Source: Draconibacterium sp. (lineage in GTDB: Bacteria; Bacteroidota; Bacteroidia; Bacteroidales; Prolixibacteraceae). From it: DNA of 64,000 nucleotides. A model generated the notes under the pieces. That model worked only from the letters and a program-made list of their open reading frames with translations. It ran no database searches and was not told where the DNA came from. Position numbers and translations under genes: made by a program. The stretch covers positions 48,642-112,641 of the forward strand of contig JBBINB010000002.1 in the NCBI GenBank assembly GCA_037444065.1. The letters run 5' to 3'. Shown piece by piece: positions 10,975 to 19,233 of this stretch (position 1 is its first letter; each line of letters starts with the position of its first letter).

Positions 10975-12111
10975 TTAATACCTGATCTTTACCTTAATGG
11001 TCCCTTCAACCTCATTTTCTGCCGGAAAAACAACATATCCTCCGCCGCTTCCGGAAGTAATTGCTCCGGAATATTTTGAGAAATAGTTTGACTGAATTTC
11101 TTCCATAACCCACTCGGGTACCGTATAAGGCAGCATCAGGCTCCAAGCAAGGAACGATTCTTTCATCGATTCGCCAAGTTGTTTTACATCTTTTTTCAAT
11201 ATGGCATCATAACATGCCCTGCCCGATTCGCCCAACCGTTTTACAATTTTTGGATCGAGATTTTTTTTAAGTATAGGATTATAACCTTCGGGGCGTGGCT
11301 GCAGCGGTACAAAATGCAACACTTTCGACAACCATTCACAGGTTTCGGGATCGACTGTGTTTTTGATGTTGGCAGGCCAGTATTTTCCATTGTAATTGAT
11401 CCGGGTAATTCCGGGAACCAGTAACCCGATATGGTCCTGAGTGCCCGAAATATATTCTGATCCAGGAGGATTTTCGGCCCCAAAAAGCAACCGGGCATTG
11501 CGGACAGGGTCCCCGCCTGGATATTTGTCGCCCCAAAGCTCTATGGCGACCCTGCGCGAACTTGTTGCCATACCAGAGCGGTCGTTAAACTCAATTGTTG
11601 GCCTCAGTTGAGCTACCACGACCGAACCTGGATGCACTTCTGAAACCCAGGGCTGATCGATCCATCCACCTGCCAGACAAACCCTGTACGGAAATTTCAG
11701 TTCCCTTTTTGAAGCAGAACTTGATCGTTCGGGCAAACCTTCTTCCGGAATGCGTTCAAGCACAACCAGTTCGACACCGTTTTCTTCACACAGGCGCTTT
11801 TTCCCTTCGGTGTACCCATCTGAATTAACCACAAAAAAATCGGGTTTCAGTTCTTTCATATCCTGTTCAAAATCGAGCATTCCGGAACCTGACGCAATGC
11901 TGGCTTTTTCGACGTAGCGGACAGCGCCAACCATAAATTTGCGCTCTTCCTGCGAAAAATAGGGAGCTTTCCCTTTTAAATTTTTGATGTTTTCATCCTG
12001 CCCAACGTAAACATGCAGCTTACCATATTGGGCGGCGGTTTTAAAGAAAGCGATGTGACCCGCGTGTAGCAAATCGTAGCAACCGCTTACCATTACTTTT
12101 TTTTCATTCAT
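10975..12111 (-). CDS. Bifunctional cytidylyltransferase-like / GHMP-kinase-like sugar-activating enzyme
   Basis: N-terminus SGCYDLLHAGHIAFF is the HxGH nucleotidyltransferase motif. C-terminal ~240 aa has RVCLAGGWIDQP, SGMATSS and ITSGSGGGYVVF, resembling the GHMP kinase motifs of fucokinase/heptose kinase type. Confidence 0.6.
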   Translation of the reverse strand: MNEKKVMVSGCYDLLHAGHIAFFKTAAQYGKLHVYVGQDENIKNLKGKAPYFSQEERKFMVGAVRYVEKASIASGSGMLDFEQDMKELKPDFFVVNSDGYTEGKKRLCEENGVELVVLERIPEEGLPERSSSASKRELKFPYRVCLAGGWIDQPWVSEVHPGSVVVAQLRPTIEFNDRSGMATSSRRVAIELWGDKYPGGDPVRNARLLFGAENPPGSEYISGTQDHIGLLVPGITRINYNGKYWPANIKNTVDPETCEWLSKVLHFVPLQPRPEGYNPILKKNLDPKIVKRLGESGRACYDAILKKDVKQLGESMKESFLAWSLMLPYTVPEWVMEEIQSNYFSKYSGAITSGSGGGYVVFPAENEVEGTIKVKIRY

Positions 12112-12114
12112 TGT

Positions 12115-12205
12115 GATACCGGATTTTGGATTTTGGATGCCGGATACCCGAAACTTGATTTTTGATTCCCAACTCCTGAAACCTGGAACCCCGAACTCTA
12201 AACTT
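12115..12205. repeat. 13-unit heptanucleotide-periodic intercistronic spacer
   Basis: gataccg gattttg gattttg gatgccg gataccc gaaactt gattttt gattccc aactcct gaaacct ggaaccc cgaactc taaactt, all in strict 7-nt register. It fills the whole gap between the upstream stop (12204) and the downstream ATG (12111) on the minus strand. Confidence 0.8.
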
Positions 12206-13184
12206 AAAAACGATTTGTATTGTTAACCATCTGAATTTTAATCCAGTCGTATGTTTTTTTCATTCCATCGCGAAGCGGATACGAAGGGGCCCAGTTCAGG
12301 TATTGCTTAATTAAGGTATTGTCGCTGTTACGGCCGCGGACGCCTTTCGGAGCGCCTAAATCGTAGGTTCTTTTCAGTTTGTATCCGGCAATTTCCTCAA
12401 CATAGTCAACCAACTTGTTTATCGGCACCATCTCGTCGCTTCCCAGGTTTATCGGCTCTTCAATATCACTGTACATAATTTTGAGTATGCCTTCAACACA
12501 CTCGTCGATATACATAAACGAGCGGGTTTGCTCTCCGTCGCCCCAAATTACAATCTCATCCTTTTCGTACAGTTCGCCTTCAATAACTTTGCGGCACATG
12601 GCAGCAGGCGCTTTTTCCCGGCCCCCGTCGTACGTTCCATACGGACCATATACATTGTGGAAACGGGCAACACGGGCCACCAATCCAAAATCTTCATAGA
12701 AGTGACGGCACATCCTTTCAGAAAATAGTTTTTCCCATCCGTAACCATCCTCTGCAAGAGCAGGATAAGCATCCGATTCTTTCAAGCCCGGGTTATTTGG
12801 GTCGGTTTGTTTTTCGCCATTGTACACACAGGCCGAAGAAGCATAAAAAAACCGGGTTACGCCAAGATCGCGCGCCGCCATCAAAAGATGGGTGTTGATT
12901 AAAACACTTAACATACAATCGGCTTTGTTGTTTTCGATAAAACCCATGCCACCCATATCAGCCGCGAGATTGTACACTTCGTTGTACCCTTTTGCCGCCG
13001 TGTAGCAATTGGCTTTTTCAGTCAGGTCTAAAACCAGATTATCGCAATCTTCATGAACCTGGTACCACTGATTTATTGGTTTTTTATCCACTACCCTTAC
13101 CGTGTGTCCCATATCTGCCAGTTTTCTTGCCAGGTGGCCCCCGATAAAACCACCGCCGCCGGCTACTAATACTCTCTTTTTCAT
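12204..13184 (-). CDS. GDP-mannose 3,5-epimerase homologue (extended SDR)
   Basis: Blocks NLAADMGGMGFI, FFYASSAC, LKESDAYPA, RFHNVYGPYGTYDGGREKAPAAMCRK, WGDGEQTRSFMYIDECVEG and GVRGRNSDNTLIKQYLNWAP are near-colinear with plant GME. GGGGFIG is the NAD motif. Start set at MKKRVLVAG (13184). Confidence 0.8.
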   Translation of the reverse strand: MKKRVLVAGGGGFIGGHLARKLADMGHTVRVVDKKPINQWYQVHEDCDNLVLDLTEKANCYTAAKGYNEVYNLAADMGGMGFIENNKADCMLSVLINTHLLMAARDLGVTRFFYASSACVYNGEKQTDPNNPGLKESDAYPALAEDGYGWEKLFSERMCRHFYEDFGLVARVARFHNVYGPYGTYDGGREKAPAAMCRKVIEGELYEKDEIVIWGDGEQTRSFMYIDECVEGILKIMYSDIEEPINLGSDEMVPINKLVDYVEEIAGYKLKRTYDLGAPKGVRGRNSDNTLIKQYLNWAPSYPLRDGMKKTYDWIKIQMVNNTNRF

Positions 13185-13303
13185 TTTTTTTGTTTTATTT
13201 TTTTTATACCCAAAGATTATGAATTTTCTTGTTCCATTCAACTACCTGATAATGTGCTGTTTTATGCAAAGCGTTGCGCAAACCTTTGCATCTGAAAAAA
13301 GTG

Positions 13304-13679
13304 TTATACAACATGCGAATCAGCAATTTTTTTAGTATTAATACACCCGGAAATACCATCGCCGATTTGGGCAATTCCAATTCCATTGTAAAGCGGAACA
13401 AAAAACCTGACTGCAAGAATTGCAGCAATTGGAATTGAAAGGCTGAAATCAAACGCATTCCAGTCGGCCATAAAAGCTTTTCCGGGCAAGGCCGGAAAAC
13501 TGATGCCGCTGACAAACGCGGCAAAAATCTACATCCCCACAATCCATGCCGGCAGCTTACCTCCACCCGAAGTAAACTGGCCGGTGGTTTTGTTTTTATA
13601 GAAAAAACTAGCCCCAAACAGCACATTTCCAAGGGTGATGATTATTAAAAACAATTAGATGGGCTACAGGCATTTTCAT
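13304..13679 (-). pseudogene. Remnant of a sodium:solute symporter (N-terminal ~110 codons only)
   Basis: Minus-strand reading gives ...[86 protein letters not shown], an SSS family N-terminus. It has an in-frame TAG (13529-13531), a frameshift relative to the ATG at 13679, and loses similarity after ~105 aa. Confidence 0.6.
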
Positions 13680-13774
13680 GAATTTAATAAAATTAGAATA
13701 GAATTGCTGTTGATTGTTTGCATGAATCGTGTTTCAAATTAAATTTGATACCTAAACAAACTGAACCGGTTTAA

Positions 13775-14434
13775 ATGAAAGAAGTTAAAGCAGTAATTTT
13801 CGATATGGACGGTGTTTTGGTTGATACTGAACCCTTTCACATTCAAAATGAGAAAGCAATGTTCAAAAAACTGGGGCTCGATATTTCTGATGATGAACAT
13901 GCCGGCTATATGGGCACTGCAACCGATGTAATGTGGAGACAAATCGGCTGCAAAAGAAATCTTGATCTTGATTTCGAAGAAATTACCAGGCTCACCATAA
14001 AAGAAGGGTTACCACTTTTTTCTACACTCGAAAAAATTGAGCCCATGCCCGGGTTGGTAAAACTGCTCGAAAAACTGAAGGAAAAAAAGATACCGATGGC
14101 TGTAGCTTCTTCTTCCGATCCTGAAACCATTAAAGTGATACTTGAAAAATCGGGGCTAAAAAAGTACTTTAAGTATGCGGTAAGCAGCAGCGAAGCAGGC
14201 AAAAGTAAACCCGAACCCGATGTTTTTTTACACGCTGCAAAATTGCTTGAAATTGAACCCGTTGGATGTGTGGTTTTTGAGGATTCAAAAAACGGTATAA
14301 AAGCAGCCAAAGCTGCCGGTATGTATTGCATTGCCTATACCGGTGCGGGCGCTGGCATTCAGGACAGAAGCCTGGCTGATTTTTTCATTGAACATTACGA
14401 TGAACTTGAAAATACAGGTTGGGGATTGATTTAA
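13775..14434 (+). CDS. HAD-IA family hydrolase (beta-phosphoglucomutase-like)
   Basis: AVIFDMDGVLVDTEP (DxDG motif I), VASSS (motif II), KSKPEPDVF and FEDSKNGIKAAKAAGM (motifs III/IV). Confidence 0.8.
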   Translation: MKEVKAVIFDMDGVLVDTEPFHIQNEKAMFKKLGLDISDDEHAGYMGTATDVMWRQIGCKRNLDLDFEEITRLTIKEGLPLFSTLEKIEPMPGLVKLLEKLKEKKIPMAVASSSDPETIKVILEKSGLKKYFKYAVSSSEAGKSKPEPDVFLHAAKLLEIEPVGCVVFEDSKNGIKAAKAAGMYCIAYTGAGAGIQDRSLADFFIEHYDELENTGWGLI

Positions 14435-14540
14435 TTTAACTCATAAAAACTCGACAATTGAGAATAAAATGAAAAATGAATTTTATCATTAATTGGCTTT
14501 AATAATCTGATTTTTCAATAACTAAATAATACTGAATGCA

Positions 14541-15131
14541 ATGATTAACAACGAATTAGAACTCTACGAATGGATAAACAAGCCTAAACATTTTGTTGTT
14601 GAAAAAAACAGGCTCATCATTGAAACCGAGCCTGGAACCGATTTGTGGCAACGCACCTACTGTGGTATTCAGAAAAACAATGCTCCTGCTTTTATGCGCG
14701 AAATAGGGGGCGATTTTACTTTTGTTGTAAAAACTGAATTTGAAGAAAGCAGTTTATTATACGACCAGTGCGGTTTACTGGTGCACATCGACGGCGAAAA
14801 CTGGATAAAAGTTTCTGTTGAATACGAAAATGAAAAATTTTCGCGTTTGGGTTCGGTTGTTACCAATCTTGGTTTTTCCGACTGGGCCTGCGCGGAAATA
14901 TCATCCGAAATTTCGGAAATGCATTTCAGGATTAGCAGGCGCGGTCAGGATTTTTTAATCGAAAATTCTTTCGACGGAAAAACTTACAGCCAAATGCGGA
15001 TTTCTCACATGCATAAAAATACGGAAAAACTGCATGTTGGGGTTTATGCCTGTAGTCCATTAAAATCGAGTTTTAACGCTGTTTTTTCATTATTCGGTCC
15101 AGGCCCGTGTTTATGGGAGGAAACAAAATAA
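14541..15131 (+). CDS. DUF1349-family protein (concanavalin-like fold)
   Basis: 196 aa. The pattern W...P......L.I...PGTDLWQRTY......NAP...........F...V......YDQCGLLV.....NWIK...E resembles DUF1349. Confidence 0.6.
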   Translation: MINNELELYEWINKPKHFVVEKNRLIIETEPGTDLWQRTYCGIQKNNAPAFMREIGGDFTFVVKTEFEESSLLYDQCGLLVHIDGENWIKVSVEYENEKFSRLGSVVTNLGFSDWACAEISSEISEMHFRISRRGQDFLIENSFDGKTYSQMRISHMHKNTEKLHVGVYACSPLKSSFNAVFSLFGPGPCLWEETK

Positions 15132-15164
15132 AATTTTCATAAATCATAAGCAACAAATACCGGT

Positions 15165-15210
15165 ATGAATTACCAAATCACAAAAATCAAAAAACAGATA
15201 AATTCCAAAA
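15165..15210 (+). repeat. AT-rich ~45-nt repeat, copy 1 (ATGAATTACCAAATCACAAAAATCAAAAAACAGATAAATTCCAAA)
   Basis: About 88% identical to the reverse complement of 35356-35400. Reads as mini-ORF MNYQITKIKKQINSK... Confidence 0.7.
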
Positions 15211-15243
15211 CCAATAATTCAAATTTTAATAATTTCAAAATGA

Positions 15244-17163
15244 TTAGGTTGGCGGGTGCAGCCGTTTAATAAACCATTCCCTGAAAGATTGCATGGTTTT
15301 TCTCTGGCCGGGTGGCGCCTGCCGCTTACAGGTTGCCCTTTCCTCGCTGTTTTCAGGGGCGCCCCAGCGTATTTCTACTCCGTCATTCGGATTATATGCC
15401 ATTTCAAACGCTTCCCTCCGGGCAATGATTTCGGCTACAGTAAGTAACTGCAATGATCCATCAGAACGGGTGTAAGTAATGCTAAGTTCATCGACCTTCT
15501 TTTCTAGCACCGACTGCAGGTTTTTCCTGATTTCTTCAGCCGGTTTCGATTTCGAAATCCTGAAATCTTCGGGAAAAGAGGCAACCCGTCCCGGAAATCC
15601 TGCCACTTCATCCATAGCTATTAACAGCCGCAAATCTCGGTTTGGCGTTGCATAATCTTCCCAGGGTCCAAGCGTCTGAAAAATTCCCTTAGCCTTCGAG
15701 GGCATTGAAATTACAGCTCCCGGATGCGATTTAAACCAGGCTTCACCTACTGCCACCGAATTGACGCGTACAAGCAACTGCTCATGAAGCGCCTGGATTA
15801 AGTTTAACAAAGCCGCCTCAGAATCAAGCGGTTCGGGATTGATTACCCTTTCCATAAGGCGGTAAAACGCATCGCGTCCCATGGTTTTTTGTTGAAGGGA
15901 AAAAGGGGCAAAACCTGCCGAAGCAGTCAGGTTTTCAAAAGGCATGAGCGTAAACCTGTTGTTTTCGATAATTATAGGCCGAAAAGCCTTAAAGCCGGGT
16001 TCGCCAATTACTTCGGAGGTGGTGAAAAGAAAATTCCCTTTCCAGAACCGTTTTATGGCGATTGTATTATCGGGCTGGGCATCAACAGCAAGGAGTAATC
16101 CCGGACGGCCATCGTTTTGCGGGACCCAGCTTACAATGGTAAGTGTATGTCCGTACGGATCGGCAAATACAGCACCGGGCCGTAAACCAACCCTGTCGAG
16201 CGAAACCGGGTAGTAATCTGAATTTACATTATCGAGCGAAGTACGGGCGGTGCCTGAATGGACGCCGTCCATTATATTTCTTGCAAAAGAGTTAAAGGCT
16301 AAAACCGGGTTGTTTTTCGATGACGAAGTCTCATTTGTCACCCATCTCCCTGTTTTAGGATTACTTCCAAGGTAACCCCTGTCGCAAATATGATAGCCAA
16401 AAGGCAAACCCAGTTTCCATGCAAAATATGCCCTCAGAAAAAACGGATTGTCGGCACAGTCGGGTTCCATAATTACCCGGGTTTTACTTTCCGGAACATC
16501 CTCATCAAGCGATAGATGGTTATAAAGAAAATTTTGCTCCTTGTTTTGTGTCACAATATGCAATGCCTCCCACGACGACTGTTCGTTGCATCCTTTAAAC
16601 AGCGCGTTTATCCATGCCGAATAAAGCGTTTCCATTTGGATGTCCCAACTCCGGTTTGTCTTCCAGACTTTGCCGCCCGACCGGATTTCTTTCTTCGGGG
16701 CAATTTCAAATTCAAGGCTGGCGAATTCTTTCCTGTCGATAATTAATTCGGCCTTGTATTTTCCTTCTTCACTTCCTTCAAAAGAATCAATTCGCCAAAA
16801 GGGCAATTCATTGCCTGTTTTGAAGTTTTGTGATTTCAGCGCTCCCGATTGGCTTCTGATAACAATCTCAGCATTTCTGATATTACTTCCCCCTGTTGAC
16901 AGTATCCGGAACCCTTCACCGGGAACCGGACTTGCAGGTAGCACTAACAAAGCATTAACCGGTTGGTAAATATCGGCCGGCCCGCTTTCTATCCTTGAGA
17001 CCAGTTTGTCTGTAAATGATTCACCGATTTTATCGCTTTTACGATTGCTGCACGATACCATGAAGTAACACAGCAAAAAGATCAGAAAACCATACTTCGC
17101 CAGGTTACAGTATTTATTGGCTTTAATACAGGTACGCGTTATATAACGAAAATTTACAATCAT
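15244..17163 (-). CDS. Hypothetical lipoprotein (639 aa), possible Cys-His-Asp hydrolase/transglutaminase-like core
   Basis: Signal/lipobox (LLCYFMVSCS). Candidate catalytic arrangement PDCADNPFFLRAYFAWKLG ... DPYGHTLTIV ... AVDAQPD. No family firmly recognised. Confidence 0.4.
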   Translation of the reverse strand: MIVNFRYITRTCIKANKYCNLAKYGFLIFLLCYFMVSCSNRKSDKIGESFTDKLVSRIESGPADIYQPVNALLVLPASPVPGEGFRILSTGGSNIRNAEIVIRSQSGALKSQNFKTGNELPFWRIDSFEGSEEGKYKAELIIDRKEFASLEFEIAPKKEIRSGGKVWKTNRSWDIQMETLYSAWINALFKGCNEQSSWEALHIVTQNKEQNFLYNHLSLDEDVPESKTRVIMEPDCADNPFFLRAYFAWKLGLPFGYHICDRGYLGSNPKTGRWVTNETSSSKNNPVLAFNSFARNIMDGVHSGTARTSLDNVNSDYYPVSLDRVGLRPGAVFADPYGHTLTIVSWVPQNDGRPGLLLAVDAQPDNTIAIKRFWKGNFLFTTSEVIGEPGFKAFRPIIIENNRFTLMPFENLTASAGFAPFSLQQKTMGRDAFYRLMERVINPEPLDSEAALLNLIQALHEQLLVRVNSVAVGEAWFKSHPGAVISMPSKAKGIFQTLGPWEDYATPNRDLRLLIAMDEVAGFPGRVASFPEDFRISKSKPAEEIRKNLQSVLEKKVDELSITYTRSDGSLQLLTVAEIIARREAFEMAYNPNDGVEIRWGAPENSEERATCKRQAPPGQRKTMQSFREWFIKRLHPPT

Positions 17164-17220
17164 TCATTTCAGATTAAAAGGATGGCCGAAAGAAATCCAT
17201 TTGAATTGGGTTGGCAGACC

Positions 17221-18390
17221 CTAATACCACGGGTGATTTTTTACGCTTACAACACCGTCAGTATCCAGTGAATTCAGGATCCTGCGGGCAGCCACAAAGT
17301 TCCGCTCCGGCACGAATTTCGGGTCTGCCGGATCCAGGCTGCTGACATGCACCCTGCCTGATGCATGGATAAAATAACCATTCCCCAGATAAATGCCAAC
17401 ATGCGTAATCCGCTGCGCCGATCGTCCGAAAAATACCAGATCGCCCGGTTGCAGGGTGTTTATATTGCCAATATCGATTGGTTCGCCGTAACGGGCCTGC
17501 TGAGATGCATCGCGGGCAAGAATAATCCCCTGTGAATAGAAAGCCAGTTTTACAAAACCCGAGCAATCGGCGCCTTTGCTTGAAGTCCCTCCCCACAGGT
17601 AGGGAAAACCATTCATTCTTTGTGCTAAATCAAGAACCGGTGCAACCCCTGGGTTCATGTTGCTCCAGTTATTAAATGATAAACAATGCGATTTGCGAAC
17701 AAATCCGGTTCTTCCATCCGGAAAAACAATTTTCAAAAATCTCCCCGTCTTTTTTTCAACGACAAATAAATCGCCAACAACCAGGTCAGAGACAATTTTT
17801 CCTTTTTTGGAAGGTTTATCGTAAACAAATCCTGAAATACAATTAAAAATATATCGCGCTGAATTCTTCCATTGATCCATTTCCAATGCTGTAAAAGTTT
17901 TTAAACAGCCGGAATCCATCCAACCAATATAATTGTCGGGTGTTTGAACCCTGTACCATTTTGCTTTGTTTTCGAGTACTTTCAAAGGAGTCCCCATTGG
18001 CGCCTGCGAAACAAGCTCCGATGCATCATCGGGTTTGGCGCGCAGATTCGATACCGATAATGTTGTTAATGCCCAGGTTTTTTCTCCCACGTCTGAACCT
18101 GGCAATAACCTTAAAGAATCAATATACGAAACATTTTTATCGGTAAGAAACCCGATGATTTGCCTTTTTGCATTCGGAAGATTTGTTTCTCCAGACAAAA
18201 CCTGGGTTTGATGAATTGTATCCCTGAGCTCTATTTCCAGAATTGCCACCCGTTTATCGGGTACAATATGTTTTTGAAGTGACTGTAATTCCTCAGTTAT
18301 ACTTTTAAACGATGGATTTTGGGAGAAAGCAAATGTTCCGGCACACAGGAACAAAAGGAGCAATCCGGATATTGCATATAATTTCTTCAT
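17221..18390 (-). CDS. NlpC/P60 (C40) cell-wall peptidase with N-terminal SH3b-like domains
   Basis: C-terminal GADCSGFVKLAFYSQGI...GDLVFF...ITHVGIYLGNGYFIHASG is the Cys/His core of C40. Upstream repeats resemble SH3b. Signal peptide present. Confidence 0.85.
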   Translation of the reverse strand: MKKLYAISGLLLLFLCAGTFAFSQNPSFKSITEELQSLQKHIVPDKRVAILEIELRDTIHQTQVLSGETNLPNAKRQIIGFLTDKNVSYIDSLRLLPGSDVGEKTWALTTLSVSNLRAKPDDASELVSQAPMGTPLKVLENKAKWYRVQTPDNYIGWMDSGCLKTFTALEMDQWKNSARYIFNCISGFVYDKPSKKGKIVSDLVVGDLFVVEKKTGRFLKIVFPDGRTGFVRKSHCLSFNNWSNMNPGVAPVLDLAQRMNGFPYLWGGTSSKGADCSGFVKLAFYSQGIILARDASQQARYGEPIDIGNINTLQPGDLVFFGRSAQRITHVGIYLGNGYFIHASGRVHVSSLDPADPKFVPERNFVAARRILNSLDTDGVVSVKNHPWY

Positions 18391-18530
18391 TACCAGTTTC
18401 TTTTAATGCCGCAAAAGTACTGAAATTGTTGAAATCAACGGTTGGTGGAATCTGAATTTTAATCCCTACAAACAGAAACATTATCTTAGTTCAACTCTTC
18501 AATTCCTGACTCATTTACATGTACTGCGCT

Positions 18531-18869
18531 TTATTCATCCAGCAGACCAGTTACTTCTACTTTTAATTTTGGCAAATGATTTAATACAATACTCCATATC
18601 AAATCATCCGATATACTGTCATATCCGTGAATTATCCTGTTTCGGGTTCCGACAATTTTCTCAGCATTGTCAAGTTTAAAATTTTTGTCCTTTTTAAGTA
18701 TCCTGTTTACAGCCCCTCCTATAATTTCCAAATTTCGTTCAACTGCTCTTCTGGTTTTAATATCAGAAGTATATTCCCCAAAAATCCTTGGCTTGTTCTC
18801 AAAGTAGCTATCAATTTCGTTTATCGACTGTAAAATATCAAAAAGCCAGGTCTTTATGTCATTATCCAT
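18531..18869 (-). CDS. hepT: HepT-like (DUF86) ribonuclease toxin, type VII TA
   Basis: 112 aa with RNRIIHGY, which matches the Rx4HxY active-site motif. 8-bp overlap with the upstream nucleotidyltransferase gene. Confidence 0.85.
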   Translation of the reverse strand: MDNDIKTWLFDILQSINEIDSYFENKPRIFGEYTSDIKTRRAVERNLEIIGGAVNRILKKDKNFKLDNAEKIVGTRNRIIHGYDSISDDLIWSIVLNHLPKLKVEVTGLLDE

Positions 18870-19161
18870 AAATCAAAAGTTTAGAAGAGTCAATCGATTT
18901 TCTTAAATATGGATTTTTAATCGCCTTATTTTCAAGCAAATCAACTTGTCGCTCCAGCAATTTCTCTAATGAGGTTTTTAAGTCAAAATAATTGTCAGCA
19001 TAGTAGAATAGATCAACTCCGGAGAAGTCAACCAATAAATCGATGTCACTTGACTTATTAAAATCATCTGTCAGGATTGAACCAAACACAAATAGCCTCG
19101 CAACCCGATGTTTATTACATAATGCCCTTATTGTATCAATATTTTTATCAATAATCCTCAT
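18862..19161 (-). CDS. mntA: MntA-like minimal nucleotidyltransferase antitoxin
   Basis: 99 aa with FGSILTDDFNKSSDIDLLV, which matches GSx10DxD. Confidence 0.85.
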   Translation of the reverse strand: MRIIDKNIDTIRALCNKHRVARLFVFGSILTDDFNKSSDIDLLVDFSGVDLFYYADNYFDLKTSLEKLLERQVDLLENKAIKNPYLRKSIDSSKLLIYG

Positions 19162-19233
19162 AATTCAAAATTACAATAATATTAAATCATTTAACAGTTT
19201 CATTGTTCTCGTTGTCTCCCAGTGTTCGCAAAC

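Noticed and set aside
13204-13632. 142-aa minus-strand ORF from the track.
   Set aside because: It is an alternative frame of the decayed symporter fragment. Its product (MEMCCLGLVFSIKTKPPASLLRVEVSC...) has no protein-like features. The SSS-like frame is interrupted by a stop.
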